DNA of 32,000 nucleotides, taken from assembly GCA_000166095.1 (NCBI GenBank), contig CP002278.1, positions 1,211,343 through 1,243,342 on the forward strand, read 5' to 3'. The translations under genes and the position numbers were made by a program. Below the pieces are notes generated by a model. It was not told where the DNA came from. It saw only the letters and a list, made by a program, of their open reading frames with translations, and did not search any database. Below are positions 1-9,307 of this stretch, piece after piece; position 1 is the first letter of the stretch; every line of letters begins with the position of its first letter. Source of the stretch: Methanothermus fervidus DSM 2088. Its GTDB lineage: Archaea > Methanobacteriota > Methanobacteria > DSM-2088 > Methanothermaceae.

Positions 1-278
1 TTATGATTTTCATTTTTGATCCCTCTGAAACTTGTGGATACCCATTAGAAAAACAATTTGCATTATATAAAAATTTAAGGAAAGTTTTTAATGTTCCTAT
101 AATTTCTGTTTTTAATAAAATAGATTTGGTAGAAAATCTTAAATATTTGAAAAAATATATTAACAAAGTAGAAAATCCAATTTTAGTATCTGCTACAGAA
201 GGAAAAGGACTAAAAAAATTAATAGCTAAGTTGGAGGAATTGTATGAAAGATTGGAAAGAAAAATTTGGAAAACCTGA
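1..278 (+). CDS. GTP-binding protein (TRAFAC GTPase, Nog1/Drg-like), C-terminal fragment; 5' end lies outside the window
   Basis: Frame is open from the window edge (codons begin at nt 3) to the stop at 276-278. G4 motif NKID occurs in SVFNKIDLV and a G5-like SAT in LVSATEGKG. Confidence 0.6.
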   Translation, partial: MIFIFDPSETCGYPLEKQFALYKNLRKVFNVPIISVFNKIDLVENLKYLKKYINKVENPILVSATEGKGLKKLIAKLEELYERLERKIWKT

Positions 279-720
279 AGAGTTCTTCAGGAGGAGAGGC
301 TTTATGATAGATAAAATGATGGAAGACATGATAAACACAATGAAAAAGATGCATGAAGAGTTTGAAAGAAGATTGTCAGAATATACAGAATTTTTACCAG
401 CTAAACCTTCTGTTGACGTTATTGATGCTGAAGACAAGATAATAGTTAAAACTGATCTTCCTGGTGTAAAAAAGGAAGATTTAGATGTAAAGGTTTCAGA
501 AGATACTGTAACAATTAGTGCTAATGTTAGGGAAGAATTAGAAGTTGAAAAAGGAAACTACTTTAAAAAAGAGAGAAGATATGGAGAAGCTCACAGGGAA
601 GTAAAATTACCAGCAAAAGTTAAACCAAAAGAAGCTAAAGCAAAATTTGAAAATGGAGTATTAACAATAGAAATTCCTAAAAAAGAAGTAAAGGAAAAAG
701 TTAGTGTTAAAATCGAGTAA
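244..720 (+). CDS. hsp20: Small heat shock protein, Hsp20/alpha-crystallin family
   Basis: Alpha-crystallin domain pattern: DVIDAEDKIIVKTDLPGVKKEDLDVKV...GEAHREVKLPAKVKPKEAKAKFENGVLTIEIPK. ATG 244 is preceded by GGAGG (233-237). An alternative ATG at 304 is also preceded by GGAGGAG (290-296). Confidence 0.9.
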   Translation: MKDWKEKFGKPEEFFRRRGFMIDKMMEDMINTMKKMHEEFERRLSEYTEFLPAKPSVDVIDAEDKIIVKTDLPGVKKEDLDVKVSEDTVTISANVREELEVEKGNYFKKERRYGEAHREVKLPAKVKPKEAKAKFENGVLTIEIPKKEVKEKVSVKIE

Positions 721-1327
721 CTTGCTGCATTATATACTTCATAACCTCTTTATCTTTTTTTGTTCCAACTTTTTTAACGAGTTTTTTCATTTCTTTTATA
801 CGTTCTATATACCTTTCTCTAGTCTTTTTATCAGCAATTTTAAACCTACTTGAATATATTAAAGATTCAATTATTGCATAAGTTGCGCGATTCAATGGTT
901 TAATGCAATTTTTCATGATAATTTCTTTAACTTTTGCATTTACTAAGTATAGAGTAGATTTTCCCAATGAATCTTTTTTATTTATTTTTCTTGTTTTATA
1001 AACAACGTTTGTGAAAAATGCATCTGCATCTTTTAAAACGACATATCCTTTATATTTTTTAAAATAATTAAGTTTTAAATCTGTAAATGTTGACAATGCA
1101 AAAATGCATGGATCATCTAAAATGTTAACTGCAAATTTTCCTTCTCTTAATATATTATTGAGAGTGTGTGTGCCTTCATAGAGGTATAAGGTTATTTCTT
1201 TTTCATTTCTACATAATACACCAATTGGCGCTGCATTACCACTTCCATCTTCATTTACTGTTGTAACTATTGTTTCATAAAGTGCTCCCCGCTCCATTTT
1301 TAATTTACTTAGTCCTAAATTTTGCAT
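707..1327 (-). CDS. DUF447-like FMN-binding split-barrel protein (uncharacterised archaeal/H4MPT-associated family)
   Basis: N-terminal YETIVTTVNEDGSGNAAPIGV resembles the split-barrel flavoprotein/DUF447 signature. The start overlaps the upstream stop as TAATG. An alternative start is at 1297. Confidence 0.5.
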   Translation of the reverse strand: MQNLGLSKLKMERGALYETIVTTVNEDGSGNAAPIGVLCRNEKEITLYLYEGTHTLNNILREGKFAVNILDDPCIFALSTFTDLKLNYFKKYKGYVVLKDADAFFTNVVYKTRKINKKDSLGKSTLYLVNAKVKEIIMKNCIKPLNRATYAIIESLIYSSRFKIADKKTRERYIERIKEMKKLVKKVGTKKDKEVMKYIMQQVTRF

Positions 1328-1797
1328 TATTTAAGCACCGAACCTTTAATTACAGCATCAATAATACAATCAAAATTTATTTCTTTATGCCAGCCAGCTT
1401 TTCTAAATACATCCATAAAACAAGCCCCTATAATTTTACCTTCCTCTGTCAAAACATTGTTTATTAACTTTTTAACTTCTTCAACATCTACACCAATTTT
1501 CGGCATTGCAAGACCGCCAAGCAACACTAAAGCATCTGCTTTTGCTTCAACCTTCTCACCTAATTCTACGCCATAAGAAGTCAAAATTAATTTCCTTGCC
1601 TTTTTTACATCAGTATTGGGGATAAATATATTATCTTTATCCCTTAATGCATATGCAAACAATTGTGCAAATGGTGTACAAACTCCTGGAACACCAGCAT
1701 AAGCAATTTTTTTACAACCCCCCACTGCCTCTTTCAATGCATTAAGATTTCCTTTTATGCCTTTAAATTCACTTATCTTCTTCAATTCTCTCACCAA
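1327..1797 (-). CDS. Conserved hypothetical protein (methanogen-type, function unknown)
   Basis: 156-aa ORF with coding-like composition, coupled to the downstream DUF447-like gene. Start is TTG 1797 or GTG 1794, with no internal Met until late. No motif I can name. Confidence 0.45.
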   Translation of the reverse strand: MVRELKKISEFKGIKGNLNALKEAVGGCKKIAYAGVPGVCTPFAQLFAYALRDKDNIFIPNTDVKKARKLILTSYGVELGEKVEAKADALVLLGGLAMPKIGVDVEEVKKLINNVLTEEGKIIGACFMDVFRKAGWHKEINFDCIIDAVIKGSVLK

Positions 1798-1855
1798 AAA
1801 ATATTTTTTATTATTTATAAAAAAACGGTATTGATAAATTTTAGGATTGGTTCAT

Positions 1856-2413
1856 ATGAAAGAAATTGTCATGCTTAAAAAAGCATTAAAAATATTAACA
1901 TACTCTAAAGCTTTTGCTTTTCTTATACCTGAAACAGGGACAAATATTGTAATGTCAAAGAAAAATCCAAAAAATAAGGAAGATATAGCAGGGATTCCAG
2001 GAAGAATAAGAAAATTTAAGGATAAAGCTATAGTATGTGAAGATCCAAAATTTGGCGCTTCCTCACATCTCGCAAATTTGATTTTGACATTGCAAAAATA
2101 CGATCCTGAAAAAAGAAGTGCTATAAACATTAAATATGATAAAAAAATTATTAAAATAGCTAAGGATATAAACTTAACAATATCAAGTTATGATAGAAGA
2201 GAGGAGCCAAAGAAAATTAAGGAAAAGGAAGGAAGTACGATATCTTGGGGTGCCAAAGCAGCTATAGACAAAATTGGCCAAATTCCAGATTTAATATATC
2301 ACAAAGGAGATTGGGGAAAAGAACCAATGATAAATATTGTTGGGACTGATCCAATCAATTTAGCTAAGTTAACAGTAAAAATTGCCAAAATTTATGTTGG
2401 TGAAAAGATATGA
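1856..2413 (+). CDS. ThiN-type thiamine-phosphate synthase domain protein (putative)
   Basis: [26 protein letters not shown] and GDWGKEPMI resemble the archaeal ThiN family as I recall it. ATG 1856 lies behind AGGA (1843-1846). The ORF track starts at TTG 1847. Confidence 0.5.
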   Translation: MKEIVMLKKALKILTYSKAFAFLIPETGTNIVMSKKNPKNKEDIAGIPGRIRKFKDKAIVCEDPKFGASSHLANLILTLQKYDPEKRSAINIKYDKKIIKIAKDINLTISSYDRREEPKKIKEKEGSTISWGAKAAIDKIGQIPDLIYHKGDWGKEPMINIVGTDPINLAKLTVKIAKIYVGEKI

Positions 2414-3417
2414 AATATAAGATGTATAATGAACTTCAAGACCAACCAAAATCTATTATAAATACTTTAAAACATGAAAAGTCCCATATGAAGGAAATTT
2501 CTGAAAAATTTAAAGATTTTGACAAAATATATCTTGTTGGATGTGGTAGTTCCTTGTCAACTTGTTATTCTGTCAGAGATGCATTGTCAATGCTCTATGA
2601 CACAAATATCGAAGTATTTACAGGATATGAGTTTTTTTATCATAAAAAAATTTCAAATAAAAATGCAGGAGTAATTTTTACCTCACAATCTGGGGAAACT
2701 GTAGATACAATAGCTGCTCTCAGAAAATCACAAAAAATAGGAATTGAAAATGTGGTAATAACAAACGAAAAAAATAGTACGATGGCTAAAGAGTGCAATG
2801 ATGTCATATTAACAAGATGTGGTCGTGAAAGTGCAATTGTGGCAACCAAAACATATGTAACACAACTTTTCTCACTTTATTATATATTGTTTGGAATGAA
2901 AGAAAATAAAAAAATAATAAAGGAGTTAGAAGCTCTGCCAAAAATTCTTAGGAAGATTATTGATGAGAGTGAGGAAAAAAACAAAATATTAGCTAAAAAA
3001 TACAAAGATAAAGAAATATTTTATTGTATTGGCAGTGGACCAAATTATGGTCTTGCATATAAATTGGCAATGACTATGTTAATGGAAGGTGCCCACAAAC
3101 ATGCATGCCCTCTATATTCTGGTGAATTTAAACATAGCTTAGTTGAAAGAATTGAGAATGGAATTCCAGTAATAATATTAAATGCAGATTTTCCAGGCGA
3201 TAAATTAACAATTCAGGCACTGGAATTCTGTAAAAAAGTAGGTGCTGACGTATTATTATATGATATGAAGGATTATTGCGACATAGATAAATTACTTTCG
3301 CCATTTGTTTTAGTTTGTCCTTTAGAGTGGTTTGTATATTATTTGGCACACTATAATGGTAAAGATCCAGGTAGTACGCGCCATATAGATAAAATAAGAA
3401 ATAATGATGATTTATAA
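2410..3417 (+). CDS. SIS-domain sugar-phosphate isomerase/deaminase (GlmS isomerase-domain-like, no glutaminase domain)
   Basis: Two SIS signatures: [13 protein letters not shown]...[15 protein letters not shown] in the first half and [20 protein letters not shown] in the second. There is a 4-nt ATGA overlap with the upstream gene. Confidence 0.75.
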   Translation: MKYKMYNELQDQPKSIINTLKHEKSHMKEISEKFKDFDKIYLVGCGSSLSTCYSVRDALSMLYDTNIEVFTGYEFFYHKKISNKNAGVIFTSQSGETVDTIAALRKSQKIGIENVVITNEKNSTMAKECNDVILTRCGRESAIVATKTYVTQLFSLYYILFGMKENKKIIKELEALPKILRKIIDESEEKNKILAKKYKDKEIFYCIGSGPNYGLAYKLAMTMLMEGAHKHACPLYSGEFKHSLVERIENGIPVIILNADFPGDKLTIQALEFCKKVGADVLLYDMKDYCDIDKLLSPFVLVCPLEWFVYYLAHYNGKDPGSTRHIDKIRNNDDL

Positions 3418-3431
3418 GGGGATGTGGAAAT

Positions 3432-3632
3432 ATGGGTAACCTTAGGTATTTAGTTATTTTAATTCTTTTTATAGCGGTTATTGCCTTTATTTGTGGTTCA
3501 GTAGTTGGAATTGTTATCGGAATTTCTGAAAACTTCAAAAATTATGGAACCATGAAAATAAACCAATACAATATAACATTTCCATTTCATCTAACTAAAG
3601 TTATGGAAAATTCTTTCTGCTTAGAAAAATAG
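3432..3632 (+). CDS. Small hypothetical membrane protein
   Basis: 66-aa ORF with one N-terminal TM helix (LVILILFIAVIAFICGSVVGIVIGI). GGGGAT lies about 8 nt upstream of the ATG. It fills an otherwise empty gap. Confidence 0.35.
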   Translation: MGNLRYLVILILFIAVIAFICGSVVGIVIGISENFKNYGTMKINQYNITFPFHLTKVMENSFCLEK

Positions 3633-3643
3633 GAAGGGATAAA

Positions 3644-4822
3644 TTGCAAAGGGTAAATGGTGGAGTATGCACAGTCAAAAACATTAAAGCATCAGGATGT
3701 AAAAATGGAAAACATGGTGTTGGAATTTTATTAACAAAAAATTGTGAGGCTGCAGGGGTTTTTACAAAAAATAAAATAAAAGCAGCCCCTGTTAGATTAA
3801 CAAAAAAAGTATTAAGAGATGGGAAACTTTCTGCAATAGTTGCCAATAGTGGCAATGCAAATTGTTTTACAGGTAAAAAAGGCATGGAAGATGCTATAAA
3901 AATGCAGGAAATAACTGCTGAGAAACTAAATTTAGATCCAAATGAGGTTGCAGTTGCATCAACAGGTATAATTGGTTTAAGAATGCCAATGGAAAAAATA
4001 ATTCCTCTTATAAATAAAGCATCTTTAAAATTAAATAATTCCCCAAAAGCTTCAAGAAAATTTGCAAAAGCAATAATGACAACAGATACATTTCCAAAAG
4101 AGTTCGCTGTTGAATTCAGGCTTAAAAATGGTGAAAAATGTAGAATTGGTGGAGTAGCTAAAGGTGCTGGTATGATATCTCCAAATATGGCTACTATGTT
4201 ATCCTTTATAACCACAGATATAGATGCTAGCGCAGATGAATTATATGAGTCTCTAAAGATTGCTGTAGATCGTAGTTTTAATATGGTGGTTGTTGATGGC
4301 GATCAAAGCACTAATGACATGGTATTAATTTCTTCAACTAGAGAATCTGGAGAAATTGATGAAAAGTTTCAAACAGCTTTAAATTTTCTTTGTGAAGAGT
4401 TAGCTAAGATGATAGCAAAGGATGGAGAAGGTGCAACAAAATTCATAGAAGTTATAGTTAAAAATGCAAAATCGTCTGAAGATGCAAAGAAAATTGCCAA
4501 ATCCATTGTGTCTTCTCCACTTGTTAAGACAGCTGTTTTTGGATCTGATCCAAATGTAGGTAGAATAATAGCAGCCATAGGATCAACAAATTGCGATGTT
4601 AAGGAAGAAAAAATAAATATAAGATTAAAATCTGTTACAGATGTTAACATTGTTAAAAATGGTGAAATAATAAAAAGTAAAATACCCTATGCAAGAAAAG
4701 TAATGAATGAAAAAGAAATTAAAATTATTGTGGATTTAAAGTTTGGAAATTCCTCAGCAAAGGCATATGGTTGTGATTTAACATATGATTATGTTAAAAT
4801 AAATTCAGAATACAGTACGTGA
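3644..4822 (+). CDS. argJ: Bifunctional ornithine acetyltransferase / N-acetylglutamate synthase ArgJ
   Basis: ArgJ family pattern throughout. The autoprocessing site PNMA|TMLSFITTD has its nucleophile Thr codon at 4193-4195. TTG start is preceded by AGGAAGGGA. Confidence 0.92.
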   Translation: MQRVNGGVCTVKNIKASGCKNGKHGVGILLTKNCEAAGVFTKNKIKAAPVRLTKKVLRDGKLSAIVANSGNANCFTGKKGMEDAIKMQEITAEKLNLDPNEVAVASTGIIGLRMPMEKIIPLINKASLKLNNSPKASRKFAKAIMTTDTFPKEFAVEFRLKNGEKCRIGGVAKGAGMISPNMATMLSFITTDIDASADELYESLKIAVDRSFNMVVVDGDQSTNDMVLISSTRESGEIDEKFQTALNFLCEELAKMIAKDGEGATKFIEVIVKNAKSSEDAKKIAKSIVSSPLVKTAVFGSDPNVGRIIAAIGSTNCDVKEEKINIRLKSVTDVNIVKNGEIIKSKIPYARKVMNEKEIKIIVDLKFGNSSAKAYGCDLTYDYVKINSEYST

Positions 4823-4826
4823 TAAA

Positions 4827-5708
4827 ATGGCAAAAAAAATAGAAGTTCTTATTGAAGCATTGCCATACATCAAGAAATTTCATAAGAAAAAAATGCTAAT
4901 AAAATACGGTGGACATGCAATGATAGATGAAGATATAATGAATTCAACTGCAAGAGACATTGTTTTACTTAAATATGTAGGAATAGAGCCTGTTGTTGTG
5001 CATGGTGGAGGTCCAGAGATATCTAGGGCTATGAAAAAAATGGGTAAAAAACCTAAATTTATAGACGGATTACGAATCACTGATGAAGAAACAATGGATA
5101 TTGTTAAAATGGTCTTGGTTGGAAAAATAAATACTGCAATAGTTGGTACTATATGTTTCCATGGAGGCAAGGCCGTAGGATTATCAGGAAAAGATGGCCA
5201 ATTGTTAATTGCAAGAAAAAAAGCTCCTCAAGTAATTACAGATAAGAGTGGTAAAAAAAGAAAAATAGACCTTGGCTTAGTTGGTGAAATCGAAGAAATA
5301 AGACCATCTATAATAAATTTACTTACAGAAAATGATTATATTCCTGTTATATCCCCCGTGGGCGTAGATAGAAATGCTAACACTTTAAATTTAAATGCAG
5401 ATACAGTAGCTGGTGAAATTGCAAGTAAAATAAATGCAGAAAAATTGATAATTTTAACTGACGTGCCTGGGATATTGGAAGATCCTAAAGATCCAGAAAC
5501 ACTCATTAAAAAACTTACAGTAGAAGAATTACAAGAATTGATTAAAAATGGAACTATAAGAGGAGGAATGGTTCCAAAGGCGTTGACATGTATTGAAGCT
5601 TTGAATTCTGGAGTATCTTCAGCTCATATAATTGATGGACGCATTAAACATTCATTGTTGTTGGAGATATTTACTGATGAAGGAATTGGAACTATGATAG
5701 TTCCATAA
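4827..5708 (+). CDS. argB: Acetylglutamate kinase ArgB
   Basis: Amino-acid kinase family: [29 protein letters not shown]. Sits directly downstream of argJ. Confidence 0.92.
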   Translation: MAKKIEVLIEALPYIKKFHKKKMLIKYGGHAMIDEDIMNSTARDIVLLKYVGIEPVVVHGGGPEISRAMKKMGKKPKFIDGLRITDEETMDIVKMVLVGKINTAIVGTICFHGGKAVGLSGKDGQLLIARKKAPQVITDKSGKKRKIDLGLVGEIEEIRPSIINLLTENDYIPVISPVGVDRNANTLNLNADTVAGEIASKINAEKLIILTDVPGILEDPKDPETLIKKLTVEELQELIKNGTIRGGMVPKALTCIEALNSGVSSAHIIDGRIKHSLLLEIFTDEGIGTMIVP

Positions 5709-6681
5709 TTTTCTTTTTTATTTCCTCAGCCATCTCCATAGTCTTAAGATTTCCACCAAGATCAGGAGTTACCTTTCCCTCCCTAAGGACCTCAATCAAA
5801 GCATTCTCAACCAAATCACCTTCTCTCTCAAATCCAAGATGCCTCAACATCATAACTGAGGATAGGATCATTGCAGTTGGATTTGCAATCCCTTTACCTG
5901 CAATATCTGGAGCAGATCCATGTACAGGTTCGAAAAGCGAATTTTTTTCACCTATATTTGCAGATGGTGCCAATCCAAGACCACCAACTAAACCAGCAGC
6001 CTCATCAGAAAGTATGTCCCCATATAGATTTGTTGTGACCAAAACATCAAAATCTTGTGGTTTTGTTATTAGGTAGAGGGCCATTGCATCAACATAAACA
6101 TCCTCAGCTTCAATCTCTGGATATCCTTCAGCAACCTCATAAAATACTTCCCTAAACAACCCATCTGTCTTCTTAAGGACATTTGCTTTATGTACAGCAG
6201 TAACTTTTTCATTTGCAATTTTGAATGCAAACTCACAAATCCTTTCACATGCTTTCCTAGTTATAACTCTAACAGCTTCAGCTCCTTCATCTGTATATCT
6301 CTCTATTCCAGAATATAGGCACTCTGTATTCTCTCTCACTATTGTTAAGTCTATATCTTTCCTAATACATTCTATTCCAGGATAGCATTTAACTGGTCTT
6401 ACATTTGCGAAGAGGTCTAGTTCTTTTCTTAAAGTTATTATTGCACTTTTTTGTCCAGGAACTGTAGTGACAGCTCCAAATAAAATAGCATCGGATTTTT
6501 TTGCCTTTTTTAAGCTTTCATCAGGTAAAGTATCTCCATATTTTTTAAAACATTCATAACCAGCATATGCTTCTATAAATTTTATGTTGAGGTCTAGGAT
6601 GGAAAGCACTGATAATGCGGCATCCATGACTTCCTTCCCTATTCCATCTCCTTTAATAACTACAACCTTTTTCTTTCCCAT
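5692..6681 (-). CDS. Isopropylmalate/homoisocitrate dehydrogenase family enzyme (LeuB or AksF type, not distinguishable here)
   Basis: Beta-decarboxylating dehydrogenase motifs: [52 protein letters not shown] 6681 is preceded by GGTTGAG. The ORF track starts at TTG 6693. Confidence 0.88.
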   Translation of the reverse strand: MGKKKVVVIKGDGIGKEVMDAALSVLSILDLNIKFIEAYAGYECFKKYGDTLPDESLKKAKKSDAILFGAVTTVPGQKSAIITLRKELDLFANVRPVKCYPGIECIRKDIDLTIVRENTECLYSGIERYTDEGAEAVRVITRKACERICEFAFKIANEKVTAVHKANVLKKTDGLFREVFYEVAEGYPEIEAEDVYVDAMALYLITKPQDFDVLVTTNLYGDILSDEAAGLVGGLGLAPSANIGEKNSLFEPVHGSAPDIAGKGIANPTAMILSSVMMLRHLGFEREGDLVENALIEVLREGKVTPDLGGNLKTMEMAEEIKKKIMELS

Positions 6682-6791
6682 ATTCTCAACCAAATTTTTT
6701 ATTCATAACTAAATTTAAGGTCAGTTGTGAAAATAAGTATATAGTAACTTATGTGAAGTGGTAATGTAATGGATGGAAGTAGGTGAGTCAC

Positions 6792-7121
6792 ATGAAAGTT
6801 CATTTACAAATTTTTGTTGAGATAGAAAATTTGGGACGTGTAATAAATATACTTTCTAAGGAAGGAGTTACAGGATTTTATTTAATTGAATATAGGGGAG
6901 TATCTCCACAGGAATGGGAAGGTTTTACAATTCAAGAAGATCCAAAATCTGTTGTATCATTTATTAAAGATGTTGCACAAAATGCTATACTGGTATCTTG
7001 TGTAGTTGATAAAGAAAAGGCATATGATATTAGAAAAGAAATAAACAGGAAATTAAGCGATGTAAAATATACAATAATGGAAATTCCAATAAAAAGCATT
7101 GTTGTAAATTTTGCTGATTAG
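6792..7121 (+). CDS. P-II-like (GlnB-fold) small protein, function unknown
   Basis: MKVHLQIFVEIENLGRVINILSKEGVTGFYLIEYRG parallels the PII N-terminus (beta-alpha-beta, then the T-loop position). GGTGA lies 5 nt upstream of ATG 6792. The ORF track starts at GTG 6783. Confidence 0.5.
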   Translation: MKVHLQIFVEIENLGRVINILSKEGVTGFYLIEYRGVSPQEWEGFTIQEDPKSVVSFIKDVAQNAILVSCVVDKEKAYDIRKEINRKLSDVKYTIMEIPIKSIVVNFAD

Positions 7122-7130
7122 GTGATAAGT

Positions 7131-7982
7131 ATGAAAGCTGTGATACCTGCGGCGGGATTAGGTACTAGACTTTTACCAATTACTAAAGCGCAGCCAAAGG
7201 AAATGTTACCTGTTTTTGATAAACCGGCTATTCAATATGTTGTAGAGGAGGCTGTGGCAGCAGGAATTGATGATATACTTATAATAACTGGTAAAGGTAA
7301 AAGATCAATAGAAGATCATTTTGATAGATCTTTTGAATTAGAATATTTTTTAAAAAAGAATAATAAAAATGAGATGCTTAATGAAATTGAAGAAATTTCA
7401 GAATTAGCTGATATTTATTATGTAAGACAAAGAGAACAAAAAGGATTAGGGGATGCTATATATTGTGCGCGTAAGCATGTTGATGGAGAAACATTTGCTG
7501 TATTGTTGGGAGATACAATAACATATTCTAAGACACCATGCATTAAAAAATTAATGGAGATGTATAAGATATACAAATCCAGTATTGTAGCTGTTGAAGA
7601 GGTTCCAAGAAAAAAAGTAAGTAGGTATGGAATAATAAAGGGAAAAGAATTGAAAAAAAATATTTATTTGGTTGAAGACATGGTTGAAAAACCTAAAATT
7701 GAGGAAGCACCGTCAAACCTAGCTATAATTGGTAGATATATCCTTGAACCAGAAATATTTGATTGTATAAAAGAAACAGGTCCAGGAGTTGGTGGTGAAA
7801 TACAACTAACAGATGCAATGAGATTGCTAGATAGAGTATATGCTTACAAGTTTTCTGGGAAAACATATGATATTGGAAATAAAATAGATTGGCTAAAAAC
7901 TTCTATAGAATTTGCACTTAGAGAAAAAGATATTAAAGAAAAACTAAAACCTTGGCTTTCAAAAATTATTAAACAAAACTAA
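7131..7982 (+). CDS. galU: UTP--glucose-1-phosphate uridylyltransferase
   Basis: KAVIPAAGLGTRLLPITKAQPKEMLPV, GLGDAI and VEKP motifs. GGTGA (7121-7125) lies 5 nt before ATG 7131. The ORF track starts at GTG 7122. Confidence 0.92.
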   Translation: MKAVIPAAGLGTRLLPITKAQPKEMLPVFDKPAIQYVVEEAVAAGIDDILIITGKGKRSIEDHFDRSFELEYFLKKNNKNEMLNEIEEISELADIYYVRQREQKGLGDAIYCARKHVDGETFAVLLGDTITYSKTPCIKKLMEMYKIYKSSIVAVEEVPRKKVSRYGIIKGKELKKNIYLVEDMVEKPKIEEAPSNLAIIGRYILEPEIFDCIKETGPGVGGEIQLTDAMRLLDRVYAYKFSGKTYDIGNKIDWLKTSIEFALREKDIKEKLKPWLSKIIKQN

Positions 7983-7988
7983 TAAAAA

Positions 7989-8062
7989 TCCCGGCTGCCG
8001 GATTTGAACCGGCGACCCGCGGATCTACAGTCCGCCGCTCTACCAGACTGAGCTAAGCCGGG
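7989..8062 (-). tRNA. tRNA-Tyr (anticodon GTA)
   Basis: Hand-folded 74-nt cloverleaf: acceptor CCCGGCT/AGCCGGG, D arm GCTC-AGTCTGGTA-GAGC, anticodon arm GCGGA-CTGTAGA-TCCGC, T arm GCCGG-TTCAAAT-CCGGC, discriminator A. The C1:G72 pair is typical of archaeal tRNA-Tyr. No encoded CCA and no intron. Confidence 0.93.
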
Positions 8063-8099
8063 ATATCTTTACTCACAAGATATTATAAAAAAGTTCTTA

Positions 8100-8107
8100 T
8101 ATATAAA
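8100..8107 (-). promoter_or_regulatory. TATA box candidate for tRNA-Tyr
   Basis: The minus strand reads TTTATATA, which matches the archaeal TATA consensus. It is centred about 40 nt upstream of the mature tRNA 5' end, implying a short leader. Confidence 0.4.
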
Positions 8108-8116
8108 TTTTTCTGT

Positions 8117-9307
8117 TCATGTAATCAATGCATAAATCAATGACAATATTATTGCTATAACACCTAATTCCCATCTTCCAATTTGCCATCCAATAAAAGT
8201 CATTAAAAAGACAAAAATAAAAATCAAAATTCCTTCTCCCTTCCTATTCAATGCAAAATTTATTAAAGTTCTAGTGAAATCTGAAGGAATAAAATAAGCA
8301 TAAGTACCATTTGCAAGATTAAAAACTACTGTAGAGCTTGGATGCCAAAACTTTACATCATCAGATAAATATGCATTTTCACCAGCTTCTTTCCTAGTTT
8401 TACCTACTCCAGCCCTTATTTTAACATCGTTTACTTGACTTTCCCAAATTGCTTCTAATATTGCTTGTAATGCTAAATCTTTTGTTGGCATACTTGCAAC
8501 CAAATCATCGCCACCTTTACGATAACCTTCTATTTTTCCTTCTCGTTCTTCGATTCTTTTCTTTATTTTTTCCATCACTAAACTTAAAAAGTCTCTACCA
8601 TATTTCTCAATAAATTTTGTGGAATTTATTACATCAAGAAAAAGATAATTGCCATGAGTAGAATATGTTTCACCAATTTTTGAAATTTTTGATGGAAAGA
8701 GAAGTGCAAATTCCCCACCAAATTTTGTAAAAGCCACTCCTGGTATTTCACCGACTTCATTAGTTAACTTTATAGCTCTTTCTACAGCTGCTGCAGCGGT
8801 CATTCCTACGGCAGCCCGCACATTTAAATTTTTCTCACCACCCAATGCTATAAGCTTTATTGCTATTTTTATTGCTTCATTTTTTGATATTAATCTTGCT
8901 AATATTTCATTAGGACCTTTTTCTACAATTTCTCCTCCTTCATTTTTGATTGTATCAATAAATTCATTCACATCAGCTTTTTCTGGAAGTTCAACATATA
9001 GATATCTATCACTGCCAACAATTATATCACTTAAAAGTGCACGTTCATTTATATCTTTCTCAGGTTTTTTTAATTCAACAAATCTACCATTTCGAGGCAA
9101 AGCAAAATTTAGTTCTTCAACTAAACTTTCAAATATGCTATTAGAATCAATTTTTGCCTTTTTAAGTTCTATCAACATAGTTTTTGTATCGTTCATCATT
9201 TTAACATATTTTTCTTCGTCTTCTGTAGTTGGACGATAATCAGTCCCAATACTAATAATCCTTTTTCCAATAAAAAAACTTAAAATAAAGCGTAGGATCC
9301 TACCCAT
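8117..9307 (-). CDS. Membrane-anchored protein with GGDEF/Cas10-palm-like GGDD nucleotide-cyclase signature
   Basis: YLFLDVINSTKFIEKYG(x27)RKGGDDLVASMP...VKIRAGVGKT matches the GGDEF palm layout in both order and spacing (metal Asp codon 8633-8635; GGDD codons 8504-8515). Additional GG[DE] motifs: NEGGEIV and KFGGEFALLF (8708-8719). The C-terminus has two TM helices (ILIFIFVFLMTFIGW, LGVIAIILSLIYALI). ATG directly follows the upstream TAG and is preceded by GGAGGA. Confidence 0.6.
   Translation of the reverse strand: MGRILRFILSFFIGKRIISIGTDYRPTTEDEEKYVKMMNDTKTMLIELKKAKIDSNSIFESLVEELNFALPRNGRFVELKKPEKDINERALLSDIIVGSDRYLYVELPEKADVNEFIDTIKNEGGEIVEKGPNEILARLISKNEAIKIAIKLIALGGEKNLNVRAAVGMTAAAAVERAIKLTNEVGEIPGVAFTKFGGEFALLFPSKISKIGETYSTHGNYLFLDVINSTKFIEKYGRDFLSLVMEKIKKRIEEREGKIEGYRKGGDDLVASMPTKDLALQAILEAIWESQVNDVKIRAGVGKTRKEAGENAYLSDDVKFWHPSSTVVFNLANGTYAYFIPSDFTRTLINFALNRKGEGILIFIFVFLMTFIGWQIGRWELGVIAIILSLIYALIT

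Noticed and set aside
1798-1855. TPP riboswitch upstream of the putative ThiN gene
   Set aside because: The intergenic region is only about 50-58 nt and almost pure A/T. That is too short and unstructured for a TPP aptamer.
6694-6791. Short tandem-looking motif GTAATGTAATGGATGG upstream of the PII-like gene, considered as a possible operator
   Set aside because: It is a very short, imperfect repeat in AT-rich DNA with no dyad symmetry. It is indistinguishable from chance.
8087-8092. A6 run (T6 on the minus strand) after the GGDD gene, considered as the operon terminator
   Set aside because: It is plausible, but the tract is short, lies within the putative tRNA-Tyr promoter region and cannot be told apart from background A/T runs. 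It is not reported as a feature.
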